In this document: piece by piece, positions 56,715 to 64,000 of the stretch
How the letters are laid out: the number at the start of each line of letters is the position of its first letter
How positions within the stretch are numbered: position 1 is the stretch's first letter
Source of the DNA: Minisyncoccota bacterium
GTDB lineage: Bacteria > Patescibacteriota > Minisyncoccia > Phycocordibacterales > Phycocordibacteraceae
Direction of reading: 5' to 3'
Length of the DNA stretch: 64,000 bases
Assembly: GCA_041664265.1 (NCBI GenBank)
Contig: JBAYLD010000002.1
Span: 35,505-99,504, forward strand
Notes under the pieces: generated by a model
What the model was told of the DNA's origin: nothing
Database searches by the model: none
What the model saw: only the letters and a program-made list of their open reading frames with translations
Program-made: the position numbers and the translations under genes

Positions 56715-58265
56715 TCATTTTGAAACGGTGAAGAACTTTTGCGGGATCTCATGCGCCGCGACAATAGATTCATTCTGGCTGTTCCTCTTGAGGAGAATGA
56801 TCATGTCGGTATCGAGGTATACAGGAGCCCATTCCGGATCGAACACTTTGGTAGTGATAAATGCTTGGCCCCACGGCGTATAGTCCCGGTAATAAAATAA
56901 AATTGCGTTAAATGCATAGGTTTTTTCCAATTCTTTGAAGAGAGCGGGATTCTCCATTGCGGCGATATATTCCCCATCAACAAATCGTTTGGTGTACGCC
57001 TCTGGGCGATTGTCGAAAAAGACCTTCTCACCTGGGAAAAGGCCGAAAATGGCGTATCCACCACTATCGTAGTTATTAAAGAGCGGCCCCTTGATTTCAT
57101 TTGCCTTGAAGAATTCAATGGCGTCATGAGCCCCCTCTTTGACGCCAATCCCGAAGTCGCTGCTCCGTTGTACCACCAGCCCCAGGGCGAGCACCATACC
57201 AGCCATTGCGAGAAGAAAAAAGAGCGGGAATGCCAGCATTTCTTTTGTGAGGAACTTGAACCTGCCGACCCCGTGCTCGCGAATTATTTCTATATTCGTT
57301 ACGGTTGCGGCAACGCCAACCAAGCCGAAAAGAGGAAAGTCCCGTATGGCAAACCAGCCCATGACACCATAGACCGCACTCACGATGAGGAGTGGCGCTG
57401 ATATTTTCCTCCACTGGACAAACGCGGCCACGATAGAGCTTACGAGCACCAACGCGACCAAAATCTTGTATGCAGAGAACGTATACGGATTCCCCATGTC
57501 CAAATGCTCCAAAAAGCTGATTGATTGGTTTTCAAATACTCGGTAGCTATATGAATCAAAGATATGAAAGGGGTATAGTGCGCCGCGTATAAACGAAGGG
57601 TTTGCCAACATCACCAGACAGGCAGCCAGCAACACGCGACCGAGCGCAACAGCTTTCGAAAAATGCTTGCGCACGAGAGACGATAAGAAGAAAACGCCGA
57701 TGATGAATGGGCCGAGGATAAACCCGACGTGCAGGTTTACCCAGAGGAGCTGTACGGCCGGCATGAGCCAGAGCCATTTTTTATCTATACTCCCTTCATC
57801 ATATCGCAGACACACCCACAGGAAGAACGCGGCAAAGAGGTAGGTGAATACTTCTGGCCGTACTTCTGCGCGAGAGGCTATCACCACGATGCCAACACAC
57901 GAGATGGTAAATAGTATCCACGGATGCGCCCTGTCTCGAATGAGGTCAAAGATAAGCCAAAAGGCAGCCACCATGCCGGCAATATAGAGAATGGATAACC
58001 CGGAAAAACCAACGACGGTGAAGAATAGAAAAAAGATAACACCCGACAACCAATGATGATTAACGAAGGGTGTACCGCCTTCGGTATACGAATAATAATT
58101 TGTCGTTACTACCGCGGTTCTCTCCGCGGCGCTCCCGGTCAATACTATTTCCCCATTCTTAATATGCCGACCGAGATCCGCGGTAAAAAGGTCGATCTTG
58201 ACCATGAGAGAAACAGTAAGGACGCTTGCCAATGCCAAAAACAATATCTTCTGGTTGGTCGTCAT
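56715..58265 (-). CDS. polytopic membrane protein with C-terminal soluble domain (possible GT-C-type glycosyltransferase)
   Basis: more than 10 TM helices; start at MTTNQKILF to avoid overlap with tRNA-Ala. Confidence 0.45.
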   Translation of the reverse strand: MTTNQKILFLALASVLTVSLMVKIDLFTADLGRHIKNGEIVLTGSAAERTAVVTTNYYSYTEGGTPFVNHHWLSGVIFFLFFTVVGFSGLSILYIAGMVAAFWLIFDLIRDRAHPWILFTISCVGIVVIASRAEVRPEVFTYLFAAFFLWVCLRYDEGSIDKKWLWLMPAVQLLWVNLHVGFILGPFIIGVFFLSSLVRKHFSKAVALGRVLLAACLVMLANPSFIRGALYPFHIFDSYSYRVFENQSISFLEHLDMGNPYTFSAYKILVALVLVSSIVAAFVQWRKISAPLLIVSAVYGVMGWFAIRDFPLFGLVGVAATVTNIEIIREHGVGRFKFLTKEMLAFPLFFLLAMAGMVLALGLVVQRSSDFGIGVKEGAHDAIEFFKANEIKGPLFNNYDSGGYAIFGLFPGEKVFFDNRPEAYTKRFVDGEYIAAMENPALFKELEKTYAFNAILFYYRDYTPWGQAFITTKVFDPEWAPVYLDTDMIILLKRNSQNESIVAAHEIPQKFFTVSK

Positions 58266-58277
58266 GACAATTACGAG

Positions 58278-58350
58278 TGGACCGTACAGGATTCGAACCT
58301 GCGACCCCCGCATTGCAAATGCGGTGCTCTACCAACTGAGCTAACGGCCC
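58278..58350 (-). tRNA. tRNA-Ala(UGC)
   Basis: GGGCCGU acceptor with G3:U70, anticodon loop UUUGCAA, T-arm GCAGGUUCGAAUCCUGU. Confidence 0.85.
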
Positions 58351-58365
58351 AACTTTTCTATCCTA

Positions 58366-58803
58366 TCATTCCTTGAAGTATTTCTCCAACACCGGAAGAT
58401 ACCCGGAAACAAATTCATGCTGATGCAATTCTTCAGCAGTTATCCAGGCAAAATCATTGTTTTCGAAACTAAGTTCGATCTTTCCTTCTTGGTACCGACA
58501 TTTAAAAACGACCAACATAACCTGATTCGCAGCCGCTCCTGGGTTATTCCAAGGACGTCGCATGATATCAATCATGTCTCCAATTTCAACTCGAAAGGCC
58601 TCCCCTAATTCCTCCCTTATTTCTCTCTTGAGAATTTCTTCAAGCGGAGTTTCTTCTTCTCCTTCGGCGATCTTTCCACCAGGTAATTCCCATTTCCCTC
58701 CATCGAAAAAATGCGTGGGTTCTTGCGTGATAAGCACCTTGCCGTCATTGTTTACGATAAGACCTTTTACTCCCACGTACGATATTTTGTTTTTATTACC
58801 CAT
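58366..58803 (-). CDS. NUDIX hydrolase
   Basis: GGKIAEGEEETPLEEILKREIREELG Nudix box. Confidence 0.7.
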   Translation of the reverse strand: MGNKNKISYVGVKGLIVNNDGKVLITQEPTHFFDGGKWELPGGKIAEGEEETPLEEILKREIREELGEAFRVEIGDMIDIMRRPWNNPGAAANQVMLVVFKCRYQEGKIELSFENNDFAWITAEELHQHEFVSGYLPVLEKYFKE

Positions 58804-58813
58804 GTTTTAAATA

Positions 58814-59776
58814 TCATCGTCCCAACGCGAGATTGACCAGATGCGAAAGGAATTCAGAGAACGAGACGCCGACCGCGGCGAGAGATTTGGGCATGAGCGA
58901 GCCCGCGGTGAGCCCCGGGAGCGTGTTCGTCTCGAGATAATAGACGCCCTTGGGCGTGACGATAAAGTCGCTCCGCGAATAGTGACGAAGGCCCAAGGCG
59001 CGATGCATCACCTTCGCTGCCCGTCGCAACTCCTCGGCGTTCACACGCGAGAAATTGCCGGGACAGACTTCATGCGTCTTGCCCGAATACTTCGCGGCAT
59101 ACGAGAAGAAGTCGCCGCCCTGCGGAATAATCTCGACCGGCGGTAAGGTATAGAGCACCTCGCCGCGCAGGCCTTCGACCACGCCCGCCGCCGCCTCCTT
59201 GCCTCGTATGTATTCTTCAACTAAGACGCCCGCCGCGCCCTCTGCAAAGAGCTGTTCGATAGCGGCAAGAACCGGCGCATAGCCGCCGACGACAGAAACA
59301 CCCACTGAAGAACCCCACCCGACCGGCTTCACGACAACCGGCTGATGGAAAGATCGAATAATCTCATGCGCTTCTCGTTCGCTCTCTTCGGCACGTTCGA
59401 TGTAATGGAACTTTGGGGTGAGCAATCCCGCCTCCTGCGCCCGCATCTTCGCCATCAACTTGTGCATCGCGAGATATGAACCGAATGAATCTGCGCCCGT
59501 ATACGGAATGCCAAAACGTTCGAGCAGTTTCTGTACTTCGCCGTCTTCGCCGTATTCGCCATGGAGACCGATGAGGACGAGATCGACTTGCCGCAACACG
59601 CGCTCGGGCGGCGTCGGGCGGCCACGGTCGTGCCACACGCCTTGTTTATCAATATAAATATCACGCGCGATGTAACGCTCCTCGCTTAGATTCGCGAGCA
59701 TCATCGCACCCGTCTGGAGCGAGACTTCATGCTCGCGGCTGGGCCCGCCGCGCAACACCCCGATGATGGTCTGCAT
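58814..59776 (-). CDS. ddl: D-alanine--D-alanine ligase
   Basis: ATP-grasp Ddl motifs, C-terminal LETNTLPGLT. Confidence 0.85.
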   Translation of the reverse strand: MQTIIGVLRGGPSREHEVSLQTGAMMLANLSEERYIARDIYIDKQGVWHDRGRPTPPERVLRQVDLVLIGLHGEYGEDGEVQKLLERFGIPYTGADSFGSYLAMHKLMAKMRAQEAGLLTPKFHYIERAEESEREAHEIIRSFHQPVVVKPVGWGSSVGVSVVGGYAPVLAAIEQLFAEGAAGVLVEEYIRGKEAAAGVVEGLRGEVLYTLPPVEIIPQGGDFFSYAAKYSGKTHEVCPGNFSRVNAEELRRAAKVMHRALGLRHYSRSDFIVTPKGVYYLETNTLPGLTAGSLMPKSLAAVGVSFSEFLSHLVNLALGR

Positions 59777-59795
59777 AGAAATAGTATACCAGGCC

Positions 59796-61127
59796 TCAAA
59801 TCAAAATTTGCACTCGCATCTCGCGCAAGTTTCTGCTTCTCGCTCTGCGATGACGTGCGAGAGAAAACCGATGTGCTTCAGAATTCGCCAGAACCGCGTC
59901 TGCTTCGCTTATTCCTGAAGTACGCGCTCCGATAACCTCGCGCGGGCGGTGCCGCTCGTCTTTCACCACAGCAACCACGGAGATCTTCATGCCAAACTCG
60001 ACAAGTACCGCCTCGGCCGCACGCTTCTGCGTGCGGCCGCCGTCTACGACGATCACTCGCGGAAACGGCCACTCGGGATGATTCAGTCGCCGTGTCAGAA
60101 TTTCCTTTAGCGAGGCAATATCATCATTTTTCATGTGGGACTTCGGAAGTCCCACATTCCCACGGATGCGGAATGTCCGATATTCTTTTTTCGCGGGAAC
60201 GCCATCTATGACCACCGTCATCACCCCAATCGCATTCGTACCCGAGAGGTGTGCAACGTCATATGCCTCAATCCGCAAGGTCCCGCGAGGTGTCACCTTA
60301 CGGCAACCGTAAGGTGACACCTCGCGGGACTCGTCCTTAATGAGCGAGACATCCTGGACATGATCGAGCGCGAAGAGCTCGCGGCGCCGCGCGGACGCGT
60401 CTTCGAAACGTTCTTCTTTAGCCGCGTGGCGCATTTCTTTTTCAAGCGCCAGACGCAACTCTTTGCCGCGCCCACTTAAAAAGAGCATCACATGACGAAT
60501 CGTGCGTCGATATTTTTTTGCATCAAACTCGCGCGGATATTGTTTGATTTGTTTATTGAATTCTATTTTTGCCTGATGATGTTTCCCGGGCGCTGTAACG
60601 GGCTTGGCTGTGTCAAAGAACGGAAATATCTTACGGATAAGCCGCAGAGCCTCTTTCAGCTGCGCCCCGCTCGGGAACGGCCCGTATATCGCGCGCAAGG
60701 TGACTCCTCGCAACAAGGTGACTCCTCGCCGCGAGGTGTCTCCTTGTTGCCCTTGTTGCTCTAAATCTTTGCCGCGCACGACAAGCACGCGCGGAATGTC
60801 TTCTTCGGTAATCACTGCATAAAGAAATGTCTTATCGTCCTTCCCTTCTGCATTCGCCGCCGGGTGATACTGCTTGATCAGCGCCGCCTCGCGCACGAGA
60901 GCCTCAAGCACCGTTGGGGTCGTCTCAAAGGCGACGCGATCGGCTTTGGTCACCATATCTACCACGCGCGGCCCGCGTGTTGCGATCAGGTCGTCATCAA
61001 AATAACTCCGCACCCGATCGCGGAGCGAAGTCGCCTTGCCAACATACAAGACTTTTCTGCCCTGCTTAAAGAGATACACCCCCGGGACATCCAGCAGATC
61101 AAACTTTTTTAGCTCGTTTCGTTGCAT
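59796..61127 (-). CDS. uvrC: excinuclease ABC subunit C, short form with in-frame repeat insertions
   Basis: GIY-YIG VPGVYLFKQGRKVLYVGKATSLRDRV; 443 aa; 29-nt overlap with uvrA. Confidence 0.8.
   Translation of the reverse strand: MQRNELKKFDLLDVPGVYLFKQGRKVLYVGKATSLRDRVRSYFDDDLIATRGPRVVDMVTKADRVAFETTPTVLEALVREAALIKQYHPAANAEGKDDKTFLYAVITEEDIPRVLVVRGKDLEQQGQQGDTSRRGVTLLRGVTLRAIYGPFPSGAQLKEALRLIRKIFPFFDTAKPVTAPGKHHQAKIEFNKQIKQYPREFDAKKYRRTIRHVMLFLSGRGKELRLALEKEMRHAAKEERFEDASARRRELFALDHVQDVSLIKDESREVSPYGCRKVTPRGTLRIEAYDVAHLSGTNAIGVMTVVIDGVPAKKEYRTFRIRGNVGLPKSHMKNDDIASLKEILTRRLNHPEWPFPRVIVVDGGRTQKRAAEAVLVEFGMKISVVAVVKDERHRPREVIGARTSGISEADAVLANSEAHRFSLARHRRARSRNLREMRVQILI
60134..60156. repeat. family-A palindrome TGTGGGACTTCGGAAGTCCCACA in frame in uvrC (VGLPKSH)
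   Basis: identical core to uvrA copy at 63822-63844. Confidence 0.8.
60282..60328. repeat. 47-bp family-B palindrome in frame in uvrC (REVSPYGCRKVTPRG)
   Basis: CCCGCGAGGTGTCACCTTACGG-CAA-CCGTAAGGTGACACCTCGCGGG. Confidence 0.8.
60696..60759. repeat. degenerate tandem/inverted family-B-like repeats in uvrC (QGDTSRRGVTLLRGVTL)
   Basis: CAAGGTGACTCCTCGC twice in tandem, then CGCGAGGTGTCTCCTTG. Confidence 0.6.
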
Positions 61128-63900
61128 GGCGTTTCAAGGCGTTGGCGAGATACTCGCCCGTATACGAACCCTGGGTGTCGGCAACCTCTTCGGGCGTACC
61201 CTTGGCGATAATCTTACCCCCGCCCGCCCCGCCCTCAGGGCCGAAGTCGATGACATAATCAGCACTCTTGATGATATCGAGATTGTGCTCAATGACAACG
61301 ACGGAGTTGCCGCGCCGCACGAGCTCCTGCAAGATCTCGATAAGCTTCTTCACATCCTCATAATGGAGACCGACCGTGGGCTCATCGAGGAGATAGATCG
61401 TCTTCATCGGCATAGGACGATAGAGCTCGCTCGCGATCTTGACCCTTTGAGCCTCGCCGCCGGAGAGCGTTGTCGCGCTCTGACCGAGAGTGAGGTATTC
61501 GAGCCCGGTCGCGTTGAGACTCGCGAGGCGGTCGGCAATCGCAGGGATGTCGCCGAAAAATTTCTCTGCCTCTTCGATGGTCATCTGGAGCACCTCATAA
61601 ATATTTTTGCCGCGATAGGTCACTTCGAGCGTCTCCTTCATAAAGCGTTTCCCTTCGCAGATATCGCAGGTGACATATACCGTCGGGAGGAAGTGCATCT
61701 CAACGGCGACCGAGCCATTGCCCTGGCACGCCTCGCAGCGGCCGCCAGGAACGTTGAAGGAGAATCGACCCGGCTTCCAGCCACGCGCACGTGCAGCGGC
61801 GGTCGAAGCGAAGAGATCGCGAATGTGCGTAAATGCGCCAGTGTAGGTCGCGGGGTTGCTGCGTGGCGTGCGGCCGATCGGCGATTGATCGATAAGCACG
61901 GCACGCCCGAGATATTCGGTACCGGTGAGTGATGCAACATGCTCAAGCTTCGTCTCGCGGCGAGTGAAGCGCGCGGCGATGTTGCGATGGAGAATATCGT
62001 AAAGGAACGTGGACTTCCCGCTCCCCGATACGCCAGTGATGCACACGAGCTTACCGAGCGGTACGTCAATATTCTGATTCACAAGATTGTGCAAAGTCGC
62101 GCCGCGCACCTTCAACCAGCCCTTCTCACTGATGCGGCGTTCTTCGGGCACGGGGATTTCTTTTTCTTGCCGCAGGTACGCGAGCGTGAGCGACTCCGCG
62201 GCGGAAGTCAGACTTCCTGACTTCTTCGCGGAGAGCAAATCATCGAGCCATCCGGCCGCGACAACCTTGCCGCCATGCACGCCTGCACCCGGTCCGATAT
62301 CCACGAGATAATCAGAAGAAAAGATAGTTTCTTCATCATGCTCGACCACAATGATCGTGTTGCCGAGCTCTTTGAGCGTAAGGAGCGTTTTGATGAGACG
62401 ATCATTGTCGCGCTGGTGCAGACCGATAGTTGGCTCATCAAGCACATAAAGGGCGCCTGTGAGTCCAGATCCAAGCTGGGACGCGAGGCGAATCCGCTGA
62501 GCTTCGCCTCCAGAAAGAGTAGCCGCCGAGCGGTTGAGTGTGAGGTAGTCGAGGCCGACATTCAGCATAAAGGTGAGGCGGCTCTCGATCTCCTTCAATA
62601 TCGGCATCGCGATATCGAATTTCATATCTGAGAGCTCGATAGTGTCTATAAAATCTTTTGCTTCTCTGATGGACATATTTGTAAAATCCACAATGTTCAC
62701 TCCGAGCCCATGTTTGGACTTCGTAAGTCTGGATTCAGAGGAGGACTTACGAGGTCCTTTCATTCCTGTGCTTTGCAGATACACGCGCAGCGACTCCGGC
62801 CTCAGGCGCTTCCCCTCGCACACCGGACACGGCTCTTCAGAGAAGAGCGACGCGGTACCGAGCCCGTGGCACTCCGGACACGCGCCATAGGGCGAGTTGA
62901 ATGAGAAGAGGCGCGGCTCCACCTCGGGGAATGACGCGCCATCTTCGGGACAAATAAATTTTGAAGAAAGAGTTTCCAACGTTCCATCAGCATGCTTTAT
63001 CTTCACCAAACCATTCGCCTCTTTGAGCGCGAGTTCGAGCGCCTCAGAGAGGCGCTCGCGCGCATTCGCCGTCGCGCGGGAGAATTCAGAGACGAAGATG
63101 GTGTCAACGACCGCGTCAATGTCGTGGCGCTTGTTCCGATCAAGCTCGATCTTCTCACGAAGCGACTGCGACTTGCCGTCGATCACGACGCGCTCATAGC
63201 CCTTGCCGAGAAGATCGTAGAGCAGTTGATAGTATTCACCCTTGCGCCCCACAACGACCGGCGCATAAATAGTCACAGCAGTCTTATCAACCGCGACACC
63301 CATCACTACAGGCGCTCCACAAGTCAGACTTCCAGAATCCGTATGTGAAGTCTGACTTCCTAAGTGCCTTTTTGCTTCCACTCTCTCAAACACCATTTTA
63401 ATCATCTCCTCCTTCGAGAGCCGCACGATCGGCACATCGTGGTGGATGCAGTAGGGCTGGCCCGCGCGCGCATAGAGCACGCGCAAATAATCATAAATCT
63501 CGGTCACCGTCGCAACCGTCGAACGCGGATTATTCGAGCGGCTCTTCTGGTCAATCGAGATGGCCGGCGAGAGGCCGGTGATCTCGTCGACGTCCGGCTT
63601 CGCCATTTGGTTCAAAAATTGCCGGGCATAGGCCGAGAGCGACTCGACGTAGCGTCGCTGGCCTTCTGCAAAAATAGTGTCGAAAGCGAGCGAACTCTTC
63701 CCCGAGCCCGAGAGCCCCGTAATAACCGTCATCGCCCCGCGCGGCATCGCGACATCGATATTCTTTAAATTATGGGTACGCGCGCCCTTCACGACGAGCC
63801 AGTCGCTCCCGTGCTTTGACGTGTGGGACTTCGGAAGTCCCACATCTGATGTGTGACTTCCGAAGTCCTTACATTCTTTGGTTTTGGTTGATTTCTTCAT
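61099..63900 (-). CDS. uvrA: excinuclease ABC subunit A
   Basis: two ABC ATPase modules (Walker [10 protein letters not shown] and GVSGSGKST), zinc-finger Cys pairs; 933 aa. Confidence 0.9.
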   Translation of the reverse strand: MKKSTKTKECKDFGSHTSDVGLPKSHTSKHGSDWLVVKGARTHNLKNIDVAMPRGAMTVITGLSGSGKSSLAFDTIFAEGQRRYVESLSAYARQFLNQMAKPDVDEITGLSPAISIDQKSRSNNPRSTVATVTEIYDYLRVLYARAGQPYCIHHDVPIVRLSKEEMIKMVFERVEAKRHLGSQTSHTDSGSLTCGAPVVMGVAVDKTAVTIYAPVVVGRKGEYYQLLYDLLGKGYERVVIDGKSQSLREKIELDRNKRHDIDAVVDTIFVSEFSRATANARERLSEALELALKEANGLVKIKHADGTLETLSSKFICPEDGASFPEVEPRLFSFNSPYGACPECHGLGTASLFSEEPCPVCEGKRLRPESLRVYLQSTGMKGPRKSSSESRLTKSKHGLGVNIVDFTNMSIREAKDFIDTIELSDMKFDIAMPILKEIESRLTFMLNVGLDYLTLNRSAATLSGGEAQRIRLASQLGSGLTGALYVLDEPTIGLHQRDNDRLIKTLLTLKELGNTIIVVEHDEETIFSSDYLVDIGPGAGVHGGKVVAAGWLDDLLSAKKSGSLTSAAESLTLAYLRQEKEIPVPEERRISEKGWLKVRGATLHNLVNQNIDVPLGKLVCITGVSGSGKSTFLYDILHRNIAARFTRRETKLEHVASLTGTEYLGRAVLIDQSPIGRTPRSNPATYTGAFTHIRDLFASTAAARARGWKPGRFSFNVPGGRCEACQGNGSVAVEMHFLPTVYVTCDICEGKRFMKETLEVTYRGKNIYEVLQMTIEEAEKFFGDIPAIADRLASLNATGLEYLTLGQSATTLSGGEAQRVKIASELYRPMPMKTIYLLDEPTVGLHYEDVKKLIEILQELVRRGNSVVVIEHNLDIIKSADYVIDFGPEGGAGGGKIIAKGTPEEVADTQGSYTGEYLANALKRHATKRAKKV
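62716..62757. repeat. family-A palindromic element in frame in uvrA ([16 protein letters not shown])
   Basis: GGACTTCGTAAGTC...GGACTTACGAGGTCC. Confidence 0.75.
63321..63366. repeat. family-A-related inverted/direct repeat in uvrA ([15 protein letters not shown])
   Basis: AGTCAGACTTCC...GAAGTCTGACTTCC. Confidence 0.6.
63822..63876. repeat. 55-bp family-A palindromic element in frame near uvrA N-terminus ([18 protein letters not shown])
   Basis: TGTGGGACTTCGGAAGTCCCACA + GACTTCCGAAGTCCTTACATTC. Confidence 0.8.
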
Positions 63901-63939
63901 GCAAAACCCCTGCCCGTGGAGGGGCAGGTACGGTATGAG

Positions 63940-63948
63940 TATACCACA
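63940..63948 (-). promoter_or_regulatory. extended -10 TGGTATACT upstream of uvrA
   Basis: minus-strand AATGTGGTATACT; palindromes CCCTGCCC..GGGCAGG and AGCAGGGGTACCCCTGCT nearby. Confidence 0.4.
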
Positions 63949-64000
63949 TTTCGAGTAGTTTTGACTGTAGCAGGGGTACCCCTGCTATTAAGATAGGAGT

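Noticed and set aside
1-64000. CRISPR array search
   Set aside because: The repeated palindromes are irregularly spaced, are themselves inverted repeats, lie mostly inside genes and have no spacer periodicity. No cas1/cas2 genes are present.
1-64000. rRNA, tmRNA, RNase P and SRP RNA
   Set aside because: No stretches matching their conserved cores were recognised by eye. Small ncRNAs cannot be excluded without covariance-model searches.

Overview
64 kb of a gene-dense bacterial chromosome, mostly high GC, with nearly all genes on the minus strand and frequent 1-4 nt stop/start overlaps. Several housekeeping proteins are shorter than the usual versions (AlaRS without the C-terminal domain, UvrC of 443 aa, a 355-aa Rel/SpoT). 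With four NUDIX hydrolases and many unknown membrane proteins this suggests a reduced-genome lineage, possibly CPR/Patescibacteria-like, which is an inference from the sequence only. Recognisable genes include alaS, an M16 peptidase, ung, mnmA, mltG, leuS, ychF, purB, tmk, ddl, uvrC and uvrA. There are six tRNAs: all three Ala isoacceptors (each with G3:U70), two Pro and one Val. No rRNA, CRISPR array, transposase or integrase was found. Main findings: (1) Three families of short palindromic repeats whose copies sit in frame inside alaS, leuS, uvrA, uvrC and ung and are translated into shared peptide snippets (DIVSP, ECKDF, VGLPKSH, VSPYGCRKV), with other copies placed as intergenic hairpins, analogous to Rickettsia palindromic elements. 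(2) A visibly AT-richer island at 19.3-25.3 kb encoding an ABC exporter, a split ComDE/Ppd-like TPP decarboxylase, two SAM methyltransferases and an unknown CxxCxxC protein, a candidate small-molecule biosynthesis and export locus. (3) A cluster of an Hsp70-NBD-only protein, a B12-binding radical SAM and a radical SAM/SPASM enzyme with no annotated substrate, plus separately a stand-alone 43-aa Cys-rich ORF with its own RBS, promoter and terminator, a candidate precursor peptide. (4) A 928-bp cassette flanked by 97-bp direct repeats that duplicate the 3' end of a histidine kinase gene. (5) A recurring extended -10 promoter motif TGGTATA(A/C/G)T, often positioned for leaderless or short-leader mRNAs, and a TTGAC(T/G/A)-N17 promoter class. 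(6) An overlapping six-gene operon joining mnmA, a secreted protein, an ATP-cone/Mrr nuclease, a membrane protein, a Cas4-like Fe-S nuclease and ung.
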